Assembly: GCA_039545335.1 (NCBI GenBank)
Contig: BCIN01000005.1
Coordinates: 958,641-1,022,640, forward strand
From: Kondoa subrosea
Lineage: Eukaryota
Direction of reading: 5' to 3'
Length of the DNA stretch: 64,000 bases
Both the position numbers and the translations under genes were made by a program. Shown here piece after piece: positions 11,971 through 24,776 of the stretch (position 1 is its first letter; each line of letters opens with the position of its first letter). The notes beneath the pieces are model-generated. The model was not told the DNA's origin. It made no database searches and saw only the letters and a program-made list of their open reading frames with translations.

Positions 11971-13205
11971 TCAACGCAAGCGAACGATCTTAAATGGATC
12001 GTAATCTTCCAATACACCATGCTTCTTCCACCATTCTGTACTCGTTTCACCCGCTTGAGCACTGACAGCATCTTCTATCGCTTCCTCAATATCGAATGGG
12101 CGGAAAGTTATATCCAGACCGCTCTCAACCCACCAATCCAAAGCGGCTGTTTGACCATATTTCGTTGCGCCGATAATGACATCCTTATCGTACATTAGGC
12201 GAAACTTGGATTTCCTCCACCAATCCAGTAGAGGTATCTATTCAAATCCAGATCGCGGATATCAGCAATACACTAACCCCCTGCATTGGAACGAACATTG
12301 CCAGTACAACTCAATTTATATAGAGCTGATTTAGAGTATTTGGGATCGAGATGAGAATTATCGGACCACCAATCGAGACAGACAGTCGATCCTTCCATCG
12401 AAGCGAAATCCAGAACATAAGCAACTTTTAGCGGTAGGCCAGAGTGTTTCCACCATTCTACTCAAACTATCTGAGCATATTCCTTACTAGCAAATAAGCT
12501 GGAAAACCAACCTAAAACAGCTATCTGTTTCGTGAATGTTGCGCTGGACAAAGCGTCCTCGCTATACTGCAATTCGCAACCGCTCTTCTCTTTCCACCAT
12601 TCCAAAACATCCACATGACCATGTCTACTAGCTTCATCCATAGCTTCCCTTATCGCCAACCGGTCAAGCGGAAACTGTCTTTTCCCTTCATCATCTATCT
12701 GTATAGCCCAATCTAACACCGATACTCTTCCCCAAGCACTTGCAAGAGTAGGTAAAAGATAAGCGCATACAGAGAAAAGGGCAGTAGGTTGTTCTTGCAA
12801 GAAGAAATCTAGTAAATAGACATAGGCGAATCGAATCATTGCTCTAGCTCCCCAAGTTGTTAATGTCTTGTTGCCTTTAACAAAGTATTCATGCTTGACA
12901 AGAGGTAAACTTGCAGAAAGAATAGCTCGGTCCAAAGGTGTAGATTGCTCAGACCAAGGTGCAGTCATTTCGATATCATGAGAAACGTTCAAGGTAGTAC
13001 AGAGTTCGTAGTCTTGAGTATAGTTGAAGATGACTCGCAGTAGCTCAGGTGGGATGCGGTGACCAGCTGGAATGTGTTGCGGTATCGATGCTGCCAATGA
13101 GTTGTCATCGTGGGATTTCTGGGTATAAGGGCACAAAGGCCATTGCTGTGACTTCAGCTTGAGTTTTATTGATGGCCCGTTTGTCAACGTGCAGGTATAT
13201 TGCAT
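11971..13205 (-). CDS. Ankyrin-like repeat protein (xDxASxxGxVxxLxWW repeats)
   Basis: Repeats ASAWGRVSVLDWA, MDEASRHGHVDVLEWW, FASMEGSTVCLDWW, ATKYGQTAALDWW across 3 exons. Start uncertain. Confidence 0.8.
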
Positions 13206-13959
13206 TCAATCGCTGATCAAAGAAAACCGATGTCTTCGAAAAACCGCAAACTCGAGCACGTGTGGCTAAATGCGAGCAATAGAATTGGACTGCATCTGGA
13301 GAACATGTCTGTGCATTACAACGTGTCCGAATCAGACGAAGATCCCTCTCTTTCTTCCCACATAGCATCACTTTTCGCATTCCCTTGTCACGAAGTCTCA
13401 TCAAGACAACGCTTTGCCGGCCTAAACTAATGCGGCCTGGTTCCATCTCTCTGGCTCATTCGAATCTGATTCAATCAAAACAGGCCGCCTTCGTCATTTC
13501 AAAGTACTTCTTCTTCTCGCAACCTCCAGAGATCCTGTCGCCCAGCTTTGTACGACACGACAGAAATTTTGACACAGCTTCCAGAAGATAGTCCAGCAAA
13601 GTTATGACAAGTGGAGGGTTGCCAGGCAGGATTGGAGGAAAAGGAGAAGCATACAATCCGGTTGCGACTATCAATTGAATGATTCCTAAGGAAGATGCCG
13701 GAAAGAGCACGATAGTGTCTGATATGAATCGACTTCGTGTTGACATTGGAATGAGATATTGTATCTATCATAACATCGAGGCAAGGCCGCTCAATGCTGT
13801 ACAGATTTGCTCAGCATATCAAGTCTTGCTGAATCATGACTAACGTACATCAAATGTCACACATCTGTATTGACAGCTGCCAATGCTGCTTGCTTTTCAG
13901 GCGACAGCGATTCGAAGAATACTCGAACCGAATGGTCGTGGCTTAGCGAACTGCCAAAA

Positions 13960-14717
13960 CTACTTTGGGTAATAGCTCTGATCGGCACCCAATGTTGATA
14001 TATGTCTTTCGGAGCTAATATATGCTTGTTCTGGTATGCTTTCTCCAGCTAGCGGAAAGATGAGACAAATCTCGTCCCAATGCAATAAGCTTTTACTTAC
14101 AAGATCCGCTGCATTCGAGGCTCCCATAGCTTCACTATGTTTACGGAAATTAGCCAGAAGATCAGGCGCTGCTGCTGCCGCCGGCCTGGAGTAATGTTTC
14201 AATGTTGCATGATCCAATTGGCATCCAAGAGTATACAGCTCAAGCCCATAAGCTGTGAGCCAAGACCTGTCAGCATAGCTTGTGCGATCTTCAGAGGCGT
14301 CTCATGGAGCAAAGGTGCTTACCTTCTACATAATGAATTGCCTAGAGCTTCGACAGCCCTTACAATGCCTAACTTGTCGGCCAATCGGATCATCGTCATC
14401 AGACCTTCTCTTGTTTGTGTAACGAGAAAAACAGATCTTCCAGGGTAGCAGAACTGTAGCAGAATATCAAGATAAACTGCGGCTTCATTCATCTGCACAG
14501 TTGCTATTTCTCCAGCGCTTTCAGGTTTCGCGACTTCGAACATGTCCTTGAAGACACCGCTTGCAGTAGAAAGATAGGTCTTATGGGCTAAAAAAATTAT
14601 TCTGTCATTCGACACCAGCTTTATATCTGGCGTGCCTCCAATTGCAGACGCTTTGGAATAGGCTGGTGTAGGGTACGAGACGAGATTCGTCACAGAGAAA
14701 GCCCCGAAGCCCGACAT
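13960..14717 (-). CDS. BTB/POZ domain protein
   Basis: PDIKLVSNDRIIFLAHKTYLSTASGVFKDMF...MNEAAVYLDILLQFCYP...LADKL; a GTAAGC intron joins the 13960-14217 exon. Confidence 0.85.
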
Positions 14718-15125
14718 TGACTTCGCTGTCTACAGAAGAGGGAATGTTCGAAAAGGCTAGAAGGTTGGCCTGCAACCACGACACAGCCGACGGCAGCTCT
14801 GCCACTTTGTGTTGGACCTTTGCTCTGCGTGAAGGAGTATCTGTCGAGCAATCTCAACCTGCGTTTCACCTTCAACGAAGAGCAATCAGAGACAATTTAT
14901 GCACATCAAAAGGCTTCAAGGAGAAGAATCAGCGCTACCTGTCATTCTTTGTCAAGATAACCTGGTCGCTCCCTTTTCTTCTCTTTCGTAGCCCTCTGCT
15001 TCCCAGCATTATTCGAGTGTATTGATTACGTAATCAGAAGGCGCTGTCGTTGGCCTCTTATATACTGCGGTCACTCCATCGAGCTGCGAACAAAGCATTG
15101 ACTACGTTCACTCTGTCGCGTGGCG

Positions 15126-16060
15126 ATGACTCCTCGAAATTGTGCGTGATCTGCGAAAGCGGAAGCAACCTGACTGAACGACCGAATAGATATTCCCACA
15201 GCGATCGAGTGCTATGACTTTGTTCTGCCTCGCAAAGAACTCGGTATCAAGAAGCTCGTGGCACTTGCTAGAACGATTCATCCAAGATGGGATGTGTCGA
15301 CAACCCAAATGCGAATTGCTAAAGAAAGGGCGCATTCTCACAATGGCTCTGGCGGTCGAGCAGGTTCTGACGATGGCGTAAGGCATTCTTTTCAATCTCC
15401 ACCGCATAGCTCAATCCCGATGGCCAGTACCGCAAATTCGCTACCCTTATTGTTTCAAACGGTGACGAAAAACTCACTGGCTCGATGGCGACCGCTGCAG
15501 TTGTCTACAACTCCCTCTTCACCTTCACACAAGACGAAGTCGTCGAAGCTGTCAAATCTATGGTCACACAGAGTCTGGCTGCCACGGATTCGCTCGAAAC
15601 CTCGATCTGGCGAGTTCCTTGGAGATGTATACTATGCGAACAGAAGGCGAAGAGAATGATCTGGCTAGTACAAGTATCAGAAAAGCTCAAGATTGGACAG
15701 CCAGCTGCTGTGTGTATTGTTACACCTGTTTGCAAAAGGAATGCTTGCACCAACAAATCATTGGATCAAATCAACAGGCTGGCATCGGGAAGTCAACAAC
15801 GTTCTTTCTATCTGTATGTTCTTCTGATTGAAGCGATTGCAGCCTTTGTAAACAGAAATGACAGGGTGCGAAATCGCGACAAATCCGAATATTATCACAG
15901 CTCCTATCGAACAAATTCAGTGGCCGACAGCGCTATGAGCAAGCTCAATTATTGCTTGTGGATGCTACTTGTCTCTGTTGTGGGCTATTGTACATTCACT
16001 GGCGACAGCTCGATTATCAGATGGCTCTATCCCAAACTCAGGGAATTCAATATCTTGTAG
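15126..16060 (+). CDS. Hypothetical protein with Cys pairs (RCILC...PVCKRNAC), possible Zn binding; 3' end uncertain
   Basis: MTPRN|YIPTAIECYDFVLPRK...SDDG|LNPDGQYRKF... joined in frame by GTGCGT and GTAAGG introns. Confidence 0.55.
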
Positions 16061-16256
16061 TGCAAGGTACAAGATGGTCACTTTATCGTACGACGCGTCT
16101 TACTCTGAACCATAGCACAGCCCTATTCGCGCCTGGTCTCGATTCGAACGTGCCTATAGTGTCAAACAAAGACCGCTCCTTCCTATTTCATAGCTTGTCC
16201 CTGTATCTTCTTTGTCTACTTTCAGCTCGATAGCTGTATCATAAGATCAACACATC

Positions 16257-17752
16257 ATGACTGGCTTTTCAGCACTACCAAACAAAGCTCTGGAGATCAT
16301 TGCCGACACATCTATGCGTAAGTGTTTTAGATTCACTAGATGACAAAGTCTGATCTTCCTCAACAGGCAACTATGATCATCGGAAAAGTCTTCTTCTCGT
16401 ATGCAAGCGGCTATCACCAAAAAGCTCTCCACCGACACATTTGGCTGAATATTCATAACGGGACAGATATGCTAATCCTTTTCAAGAGGTACAACGTGAA
16501 CCCAGCAAATATTCGCACTATACAAGTCTACGGTCACATCTCTACCACACTACCACCACGATGGCAATCCGCTCTGGCAGAGTTACTTAAACGCTCTCCA
16601 GATATTACAACTTTGAGCGTCGGCATTAGCGGGAATAAGCCTGGGGTCAACTATGGGAGATTTGTCAATACCGAAGATCACTTGGATGAGGTAAGTGTCC
16701 AACTTACCGGGGTTGATTAGACGTGATGCTCATAAAACTACATGCAAATGAACTATCTATTCGAGGCATTGTCCAAAGCCAACCCTATTCGTATGACAAT
16801 AGAAGTCGATCTTCATCCCTGGTTTACTACGCGTCTGAATCCGCAATTACTTCGCAACACCTTCAAATGCTTTACGCGTCTGGAAGAGCTCTAGTCAGTT
16901 GTTACAGTACACATAGCAACATTCAGCTCACTGACGTATCTCTTTCTCCAAAGTGTGAGCCGTCAATCTTTGCTATTGTGGTCTGACGAGTTGGTCCACC
17001 TGCCTGTCAAACAGCTCTTCTTCTGCGTAGGAGCTCATCGGCCGTTATACGGCACTCGTCAGACCGCTTGCTGTATTGGCCATGATGAACCCGTTCTTTC
17101 AAGCTTGGAACGAATACTGAATCGCAACTTGAACCTGCAATACTTTGATGTCCTGATGGATGATCAAACTGCAAAGTCGGGGTTTCGTAGAAGCGCTGTT
17201 TTACGTCAGTTGCAAACAAGTATGAATCTGCATAGGGGAGATCACAAGAGATCATTCGCACAGCCTGATTCAGGTAAGAGAATTTCGGTTCCGTTGTGTA
17301 GCCTCATCTGATTTATAATTAACTGAGCATCAGGCAATGGAGTCACTGTATCAGGCAACTATGCGGCCAGATCAAAGTGTAGGTTCCATCCCTTGTGTCG
17401 GTCTCGACCGCAACTCATTCTGCTTTCATACATAGCATGGCGCAAACGAATTGCCGGACTCTGCGCTTTCCTGGCCTGCTATATCAATTTCATCTATGCA
17501 ATCATCAAGTCTGGTCGCGTTCCAATCAACGGTGGCTGTCTGTCTTTCGCTATTGTAACTCTTTCCATCTTTATCATCTACGCTCCCATCTCTGAGTATG
17601 CGTATGAACTGCACCACGACTTTTCATTGGTCACTCAGTCGCACTTCGATCATGAAGCGATGTACTGGACCTTCCCAAAAGCTCTTCCAGCCGCGGTGAT
17701 CAAGTCTGGTGTTCAATATGTGAAGCTATTGTCAAAGGAAGACTTCTGCTGA
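16257..17752 (+). pseudogene. F-box-like/LRR-like gene with two C-terminal TM helices; frameshift at ~16417-16423 and non-AG acceptor at 16741
   Basis: MTGFSALPNKALEIIADTSM|RNYDHRKSLLLVCKRLSP, then the +1 frame continues KALHRHIWLNI. Later exons join in phase through to WRKRIAGLCAFLACYINFIYAII...LSFAIVTLSIFIIYAP. Confidence 0.6.
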
Positions 17753-17898
17753 GAAGCGTTGATTGAGGCATACGGACAGTATTTATGCAAGGATAGCAAG
17801 CAATAGTCAATTCGGAAGGGTACTGAATGATGCATTGTTGTACAAAGGATTGATATTGCGTGTAATAGTCCATTCTTCCTTCCGTGCAACACCTCACT

Positions 17899-18346
17899 CT
17901 ACGGATGATACTGTCCCTTCACTTTCACTCTGCCAGCTTTATCTGTCTCTCGGAGAATAGGACTTGCAGCCGGTCGATAGCGATGTTCAGGTGAATATCT
18001 AGGAAGCGTTTCCATGAGCGATGTGACAGACTAGGGATTAGTTGCTCAACTGACCTTTCTACTTTAGCTAGAGCTGGTCTGCTTTTGTGCACTTTATGCT
18101 CGTGCTCTGTCCATTCAAAGATCTCCTCTTCGATTTTCCTATAACAACACGTTATCAGCTGCAGTACAGAAACCCTACAGTACTTGCTCACATTGTTAGA
18201 CCCCATAGAAGCCAGCATACGCCAACTAGAATCATTCCAAAGAATATCTTGCGCACCAAAGGTTGCCGTGAGAGGTTTCCCGCTGCTGCTTCTTTGCCTT
18301 TGTAAGAAGTGCCTGTGCTGCCTAGTCGTGACGATGGGAGACTCAT
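17899..18346 (-). CDS. Small single-pass membrane protein with a RYSxEHRYRPAASP motif (recalled as a conserved basidiomycete family of unknown function)
   Basis: MSLPSSRLGS...KIFFGMILVGVCWLLWGLTM|KIEEEIFEW...KVER|YSPEHRYRPAASPILRETDKAGRVKVKGQYHP*; two GT-AG introns. Confidence 0.75.
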
Positions 18347-18511
18347 GATGTCTGGAAAGGAGACAATGGTTCGAAGACGAAATAAGGTCGAGGGTTTCGC
18401 ACTTCGCTGAGACTTATGGGAGATTCATAATTCTCAGAAGTAATACAAATTGTATAGTCTGAAAGCCAGGTTGCAGGAGACACGCTGTAATAGCCTTATT
18501 CTTAATCACTG

Positions 18512-19123
18512 TCAGTTGTGAAATCCGAGGATATGTCTGTGTATAGACTTTTCGCTCATCCATACATGCGACTGGTGCCACGGACTCATTGGACAGTGCT
18601 CGTCTGAGCAGAACCACCACTTCTCGCCATCTTTATCAATGCTGATTGGTTTGGCGGGCGTGGCTATAGCAAAGAGAGTTAGCTAGTTCCATGATATGGG
18701 ATGATATACGTACTACCGGTAATGAATTTGCTATCACGTACAAAAACTTAATCACAAATTCTGGCAGCAAAAGCGGAGATCAAAAAACGCTTACATGTTT
18801 GAGGTGCCTGGTTTGACAGGCGCTGGGTTCTTTTTATGCCAATCGAGAGCTGCTTGCGACGCCATGTACTGAATAATCAAAGGCTGAGTGTCAGGCAAAG
18901 CTCAGCACAGGTCCTTGCAGATCAGCTTACGGTAGGATGATGCTCTCGGGCGCAAGCTCTGGCTTCTCCTTCGGCTTCATGGGACTTGTTACAGACCATA
19001 TCACCGCAGTACCATATCTTAGGCATGTTGGGCGTCGCTTGATGCGGATAGATCTACGTGATATCAATAGGCCATGACTAGAATGCTCGTGAGACAAACC
19101 TTAACGTTGTTCTTGTCAGTCAT
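18512..19123 (-). CDS. Small protein with two atypical zinc-finger-like motifs
   Basis: 5 exons: MTDKNNVK|IYPHQATPNMPKIWYCGDMVCNKSHEAEGEARACAREHHPT|PLIIQY...|KFITG|...KWWFCSDEHCPMSPWHQSHVWMSEKSIHRHILGFHN*. Absent from the ORF track. Confidence 0.65.
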
Positions 19124-19828
19124 CTTGTGTTGTGAAGAGTAAAAGATATAGGAAAGATACGATGACTTGGTCGATTGAGAAGAGAGCAAGAAGACTCTTC
19201 ATTTCAAGCCTTTCGGCAAGAACAAAGGTTTGTCACAGACGACAATTTCTGAGACTGTCGTTCAGTATTACTAGCACTGACTACGTAAGAGAGACAAACG
19301 GGAAGTATGAGTATGAGCCCGAAAGAAGCAACGCGAGTCAGTAGTCCGTTTTCAGAAGCGACGCAGTAATCAAGGAAACGAGAGGTGGAAATCACAACCA
19401 TTGTCTAATCGAGCTACTGTATATAACCAGAGCATCAATGCTACCAGAAGGTGCGGGTTTCCTCTTGACAAGATATGCTGCGAACGGGCGTTTAACTGAG
19501 TAAATAGCAGAGAGAACGAGCGAAAGAGATGTCTCGAACAGAGCCTACATCATGTCGAGCCAGTGCAGAACGACAGAACATCTGAGATACAGTCATAAGC
19601 ATGCTTCTCTAGCTAGCATGCCCTTCCTGTCCAAATTTGACCTCCTTGCAAGAGTTCCACAGGCTGTTCAGGATATCCACGTAGCGACGCACTGGTATCT
19701 CCTGGAGCCGATGCACTCCTCTTGCTCCGACTTTAATAATTCGATCATCGTTCTTCTCCAAGCGATCATCGGAATTTGCTCTTTGTGTTGCCTACTCAGC
19801 CCCGCTTGGCGTAAACTACATTACAGCA

Positions 19829-20985
19829 ATGTCGAAAGAAGCCATCACTATCAATGATCTAGTCTTTGCTTTCCCAAGTTCTCCATTACCAGTCCTGCGT
19901 GGAATAGATCTACATCTCCCACCTGGCTCACGATGCATTTTAGTAGGAGCAAACGGTGCAGGTCAGTTCGCTCATTGAGATATGTTTGACAGTGCTGAGT
20001 ATTGGGTTATAATAGGCAAATCTACTCTCTTACAAATCTTAGCTGGTAAACGTATGATCAAAGGTTCAACAGCCAGAGTACTAGATCAAGAAGTTTTCTT
20101 CAACACACCTGCTGGAGTTACTTATCTAGGTACTGAATGGGCTAATAACCCTGTAGTGAGGAGTGATTTGGTGGTTTCCCATTTCATGTGAGTTTGTCAT
20201 CATCCTTTAGTCGGAGAAGAGTAGCTGAGCCTACAACAATAGTGACTCTGTTGGTGGATGGAGACATAAAGAAAGAAGGGATCGTTTATTAGACATCCTT
20301 GAGTGAGCTTGTCGCTCTATAAAGAGTGAATACTGCTCATTAGGAGTATAGCGTCGATCTCGAATGGCATATGCACACTATTTCAGATGGTGAACGGCGT
20401 CGTGTACAAATAGTAGCGTCTGTTCCCTTCTCTCCCCCTTTACCATTTCTCATTCCAAAGTCATTTAGCGGATTAATGGCACCTTGGGATCTACTTCTCC
20501 TGGACGAAGTGACAGTCGATCTAGACGTACTCGTCCGAACTAGACTTTTACAATTCCTCAAACAAGAAACTCTCGAACGATCAGCAACCGTTTTATACGC
20601 TACTCACATTTTTGACGGACTTGATAATTTCCCTTCTCATGTTTGTCATTTACAACTAGGAGCTACTTTAGATCCACCAGTCTATAAATGGCCTTTGGAT
20701 TTAACTCAAGGAGATAAGATTGATGGGATTCCTGATGGAACGATTGAGAAGATGAAGGATGTGGAAAGAGCTGGAAGTAGATTGATGGAACTTGCTTTGG
20801 CTTGGTTGATTGTGGATACGGATTTGAGGAAATCTTATGAGAAGCAAGGAAAGGAAGGTTTTAGATTAAGAGGCGCTAAAGAGGAGACAAAGGATATGAA
20901 GACTTTTTACCAAAAGTCGGTCCTTACTGTTACTTATCAAAAGAGGCTGGCTGATTGTTCTCTCAGATACGACTATGCTCATTAG
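19829..20985 (+). CDS. CAF16: CAF16-like soluble ABC ATPase
   Basis: Walker A GANGA|GKSTLL, GVTYLGTEW, signature ISDGERRRVQI, Walker B LLLLDEVTVDLD, YATHIFDG. Confidence 0.9.
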
Positions 20986-21128
20986 ATGAGACATACACAT
21001 ACATCAAAGAGCTGAGCTCAACCTCATGCATTCGCACTAGTAAATTAGATAAGCGCACAGTTATAGATTGTAAGGAGATCATAATGTTAAATTGCTAAGA
21101 TTACAATATATTAGATGCTTCTTATCCT

Positions 21129-21983
21129 CTATGCGTACTGATCTACGAGCGTGTCTCTCATTGCGGCTATCGCTCCACTATCTTGACCTTGCAACTTGAA
21201 CGCAGCTTCCACCACACTTGTTTCTACTGCTGTTGAATCAACGCCGACGAAAGCGGTCTGTGCATGATAGCAATATGGTAAGACAAACGAATGTCTAACC
21301 TCAAATGACCACGCACCCAATCGTTGACTACTAAACCAGCTCCAATGCAATCCGACCCTCTGTTGATGGTTCCCGCCACTAACGGCACTTGCAACAAAGA
21401 AGACAATTCATCTTGATCTTGAACTGAAGTTTTCGGATGAACCAAAGCGCCTTGATTTGATAAAGCGCAATAACTTCCAACCAGTACGTTTTCAGCAATC
21501 GTTTGCCTAAAAACTTCAACTTTCAAAACATCGGCAATAATTTCTTCAGTTTCTCTATCGATATCTGGGTGAACCAAAGCAACGTAATCGTTACATGCAA
21601 TCACGTTTCCTAAAGCTGATAAACGTTCTTCAACACGTTGAATTGCAACAGCATCAGGTAAAGAGTTTCTTAAATGTTGTAATTCTTGATCTGTTGTTGT
21701 AGAAGGTACTAATAAACCATGCCTGTTCCCAGCTGTTAATCGACCAATGATTCTTGTTCCACCAATTGAAGTTTGAATAACTGGAATCACATCCCCTAAT
21801 TCTGCTTCAAAGACTGAAAAGAAATTTGCTGAGCCTGTAGATTGGGAAGCGAGACAGTAGGAATTGGTTAAGCGTGAGAAGACTCCAATGTCTGAAGAAG
21901 ATTCATAGCGAAGACCTGCGACACCATTCTGCTATGAGGATATTCCAGATCGGATACAGATGCTTGAACATACGGACAGCCAT
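21129..21983 (-). CDS. TIF6: Eukaryotic translation initiation factor 6
   Basis: [25 protein letters not shown]...[17 protein letters not shown]...[19 protein letters not shown]...GLVVNDW. Confidence 0.97.
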
Positions 21984-22220
21984 GGTAACACAAAGATGTA
22001 GGTAGAAGGGATAGAAAGTAAAACTTGCTGCAAGTGTCGAAACTGGGTTTGCTGAGTAGCTGTTCTTCTAATCAACGAGGCAGGCTTGTTAGCGGATGAT
22101 CCTCAAGCTGTTCAGAGCACTCTCACCTGGTTGCGAGTGGATACGAAAATTGTAATATTTTTCTGCAAAGGTCATCTGTCTGCGGCCGTCTCCTCGAGTC
22201 ATACACTGAATTACTACTGC

Positions 22221-24307
22221 ATGCTACGAAGGTTGACTACATCTATCACACCTAATACACTACGATCCATCACACCTGCACCTCTACTAGCAAGATCCTT
22301 CGCCGCTATGTCTGACTCCATCGCGCCTAAAGAATTCGTTCGCTTTCACCCTTGTACTGCTTTATTTTCACTGTGCCTGATACATGATGAGAATAGAACA
22401 AAGGACTTTACACGAGCCTTGAACAAGAAGATCCTGAAATCTATAAACTCATTCAACTCGAAACATGGAGGCAATTCACCGGTTTGGAGCTCATCGCTTC
22501 AGAGAACTTAACTTCTCTTGCTGTAGCTGAGGCAAATGGATCCATGTTGACAAAGTTCGCTGAAGGAACCGATACAATCAGCTTGGGAAGCTGATATTGT
22601 TTGTCTTTCTTGAACAGCAAATACTCTGAAGGTCTACCTGGTGCTAGATACTACGGAGGGTGAGCTCATACTCTTCCGCTGTGATCGACCGCTTACATTT
22701 TATGCAGAAACGAACATATCGATGTGCTTGAACGCTTATGTCAAGAGCGGGCTTTGAAAGCTTTCAACCTAGACCCAAAGGTAGGAGGACTCCAGTCAAT
22801 ACTCGTGTGTAACAAGTCTTGATTGTTACCTTTCTACAGGTCTGGGGTGTTAACGTTCAGCCTTACTCTGGATCCAGCGCAAAGTCAGTGACCCATTTCT
22901 AGATCTCATTTGCAAATCAGTTTCTGAGTTGAGCTTATCTGACAGCTTCGCCTGCTTTACTGCCCTTCTGGAACCTCAAGATCGTATCATGGGCCTTGGT
23001 CTAGCTGACGGTGGTCATTTGGTTAGTCTGACACAATACTTGCCAGATTGCGCTATTGACTCGCTACTCTAGACACACGGAGCCTACACAGCTGTAAGTC
23101 CTCATAGCACGATTGAAGTATCGTTTCCTCAATCGCCGGTGATAGAAACGCAAAATCTCTGCTTCATCCATCTACTTCCAATCTCTTCCTTACCAAGTCG
23201 ACCCCAAAACCGGTTTGATCGATTATGAATTCCTAGAAAAGCAAGCCAACATCTTCAAACCTCGTTTACTAATCTGCGGTGCTTCCGCTTACCCACGTGA
23301 TTGGGATTACGCTCGACTTCGAAAAATAGCAGATGCGCAATCTGCTTTGCTAATGATGGATATGGCTCATATTTCCGGTTTGGTTGCTGCTGGCGTTCAA
23401 AACGATCCTTTCCAATTATGTGATGTGGTTTGCACTACAACGCACAAAACTTTGAGAGGTCCAAGAGCTGGTTTGATCTTTTTCAGAAAAGACAAAGATA
23501 GTGAAATGGAGAAAAAGATCAATGACGCTGTTTTCCCTGCTTGCCAAGGGGGCCCTCATAATAACGTCGGTGTACAGCTTTCGGTTGTTGAGCTTATTGC
23601 TCATATTCGCGTTTTCTGCCCGACAGACTATCGCTGGTATCGCTATCGCACTCAAACAAGCAGCCGAACCAGCTTTCAAGACTTACGCAACTCAAGTTAT
23701 TGCCAATTCAAGAGCTTTGGGCGAAGCGTTGATGAAGCACGATTACAAAATGGTCACTGATGGAACAGACAATCATTTGAACTTGTGGGACTTGAGGCCA
23801 TTGAAGTTGACTGGTAGCAAAGTTGAGAAAGTTTGCGATTTGGCTCATATTACTTTGAACAAGGTGCGTGGAAATCCTCTGATGTGCGTTTTAAAAATGC
23901 TAAAGCTAGGATCGTTGATCGCACAGAACGCCGTTGTCGGAGATACTTCAGCAGCTACTCCAGGTGGTGTTCGAGTTGGCACATCAGCTTTGACTTCCCG
24001 CAATATGGTTGAAAAAGATATGGAAGCCGTTGGTGAATTCTTGCACAGAGCAGTTCAGATTGCTCTCAAATTGCAAGAAGAAGCTGGATCAAAATTGATC
24101 AAGGATTTCACTAGAGTAGCTACAGAAGGCAATGGCGAAGGCAAACAACAGCTCGAGCAACTCAAGAAGGATGTTGGTGAATTTGCTAGACAGTTCCCTC
24201 TGCCTGGTATTCCGTGAGTGGTGGAAAGGAAGCTATCAGACTGGTCTGATACGAATGTTTTTCATCTCCACAGAGATATGAGCTCAATCAAAGACCCAAA
24301 TGCTTGA
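22221..24307 (+). CDS. SHMT: Serine hydroxymethyltransferase with N-terminal mitochondrial-type presequence
   Basis: [54 protein letters not shown] motif [16 protein letters not shown]; about 10 introns. Confidence 0.97.
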
Positions 24308-24776
24308 GCAGTTTCTCAATAGGATTTCGGATGGCATGGTTTTGTAACAATGATTCAACACATAAGGGTTCCCCCTTCCTTCAGTATTATAGCATATCAT
24401 TCAACAGTGATACATTTGGCAATGCAATCTTTTATGCGTGCTCTCATACTTGCTGCGGTTCGTCGCTTTGAAAGGAGACGGGCACAAGACCTCTGTAACG
24501 CAAGAAGCCTATGCTCTCATATCATACACGTGGAGTAAATCATGCTCTTAAATTAGTACGTTCAATCTCAAGTAACGATAGTACGCCTCGTTGATCTCCC
24601 TTCTCCTCCTTTAGATGTGAGAGACGCGCACGCTTGCACTTTCCATAATGTTATCTTACAATATTGCTGCACACATGATGAAAAATGTTGATGAGGAGAG
24701 AAAGAAAAATGCATCAGGATGAGTCTTCCGCCAAGAAGATCTGAGTTGAACGGTGATGAGCCTTTGGTCCAGCTTC

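Noticed and set aside
13200..13800. Overlapping short ORFs between the ankyrin and BTB genes
   Set aside because: No supportable gene model; probably UTR or promoter sequence.
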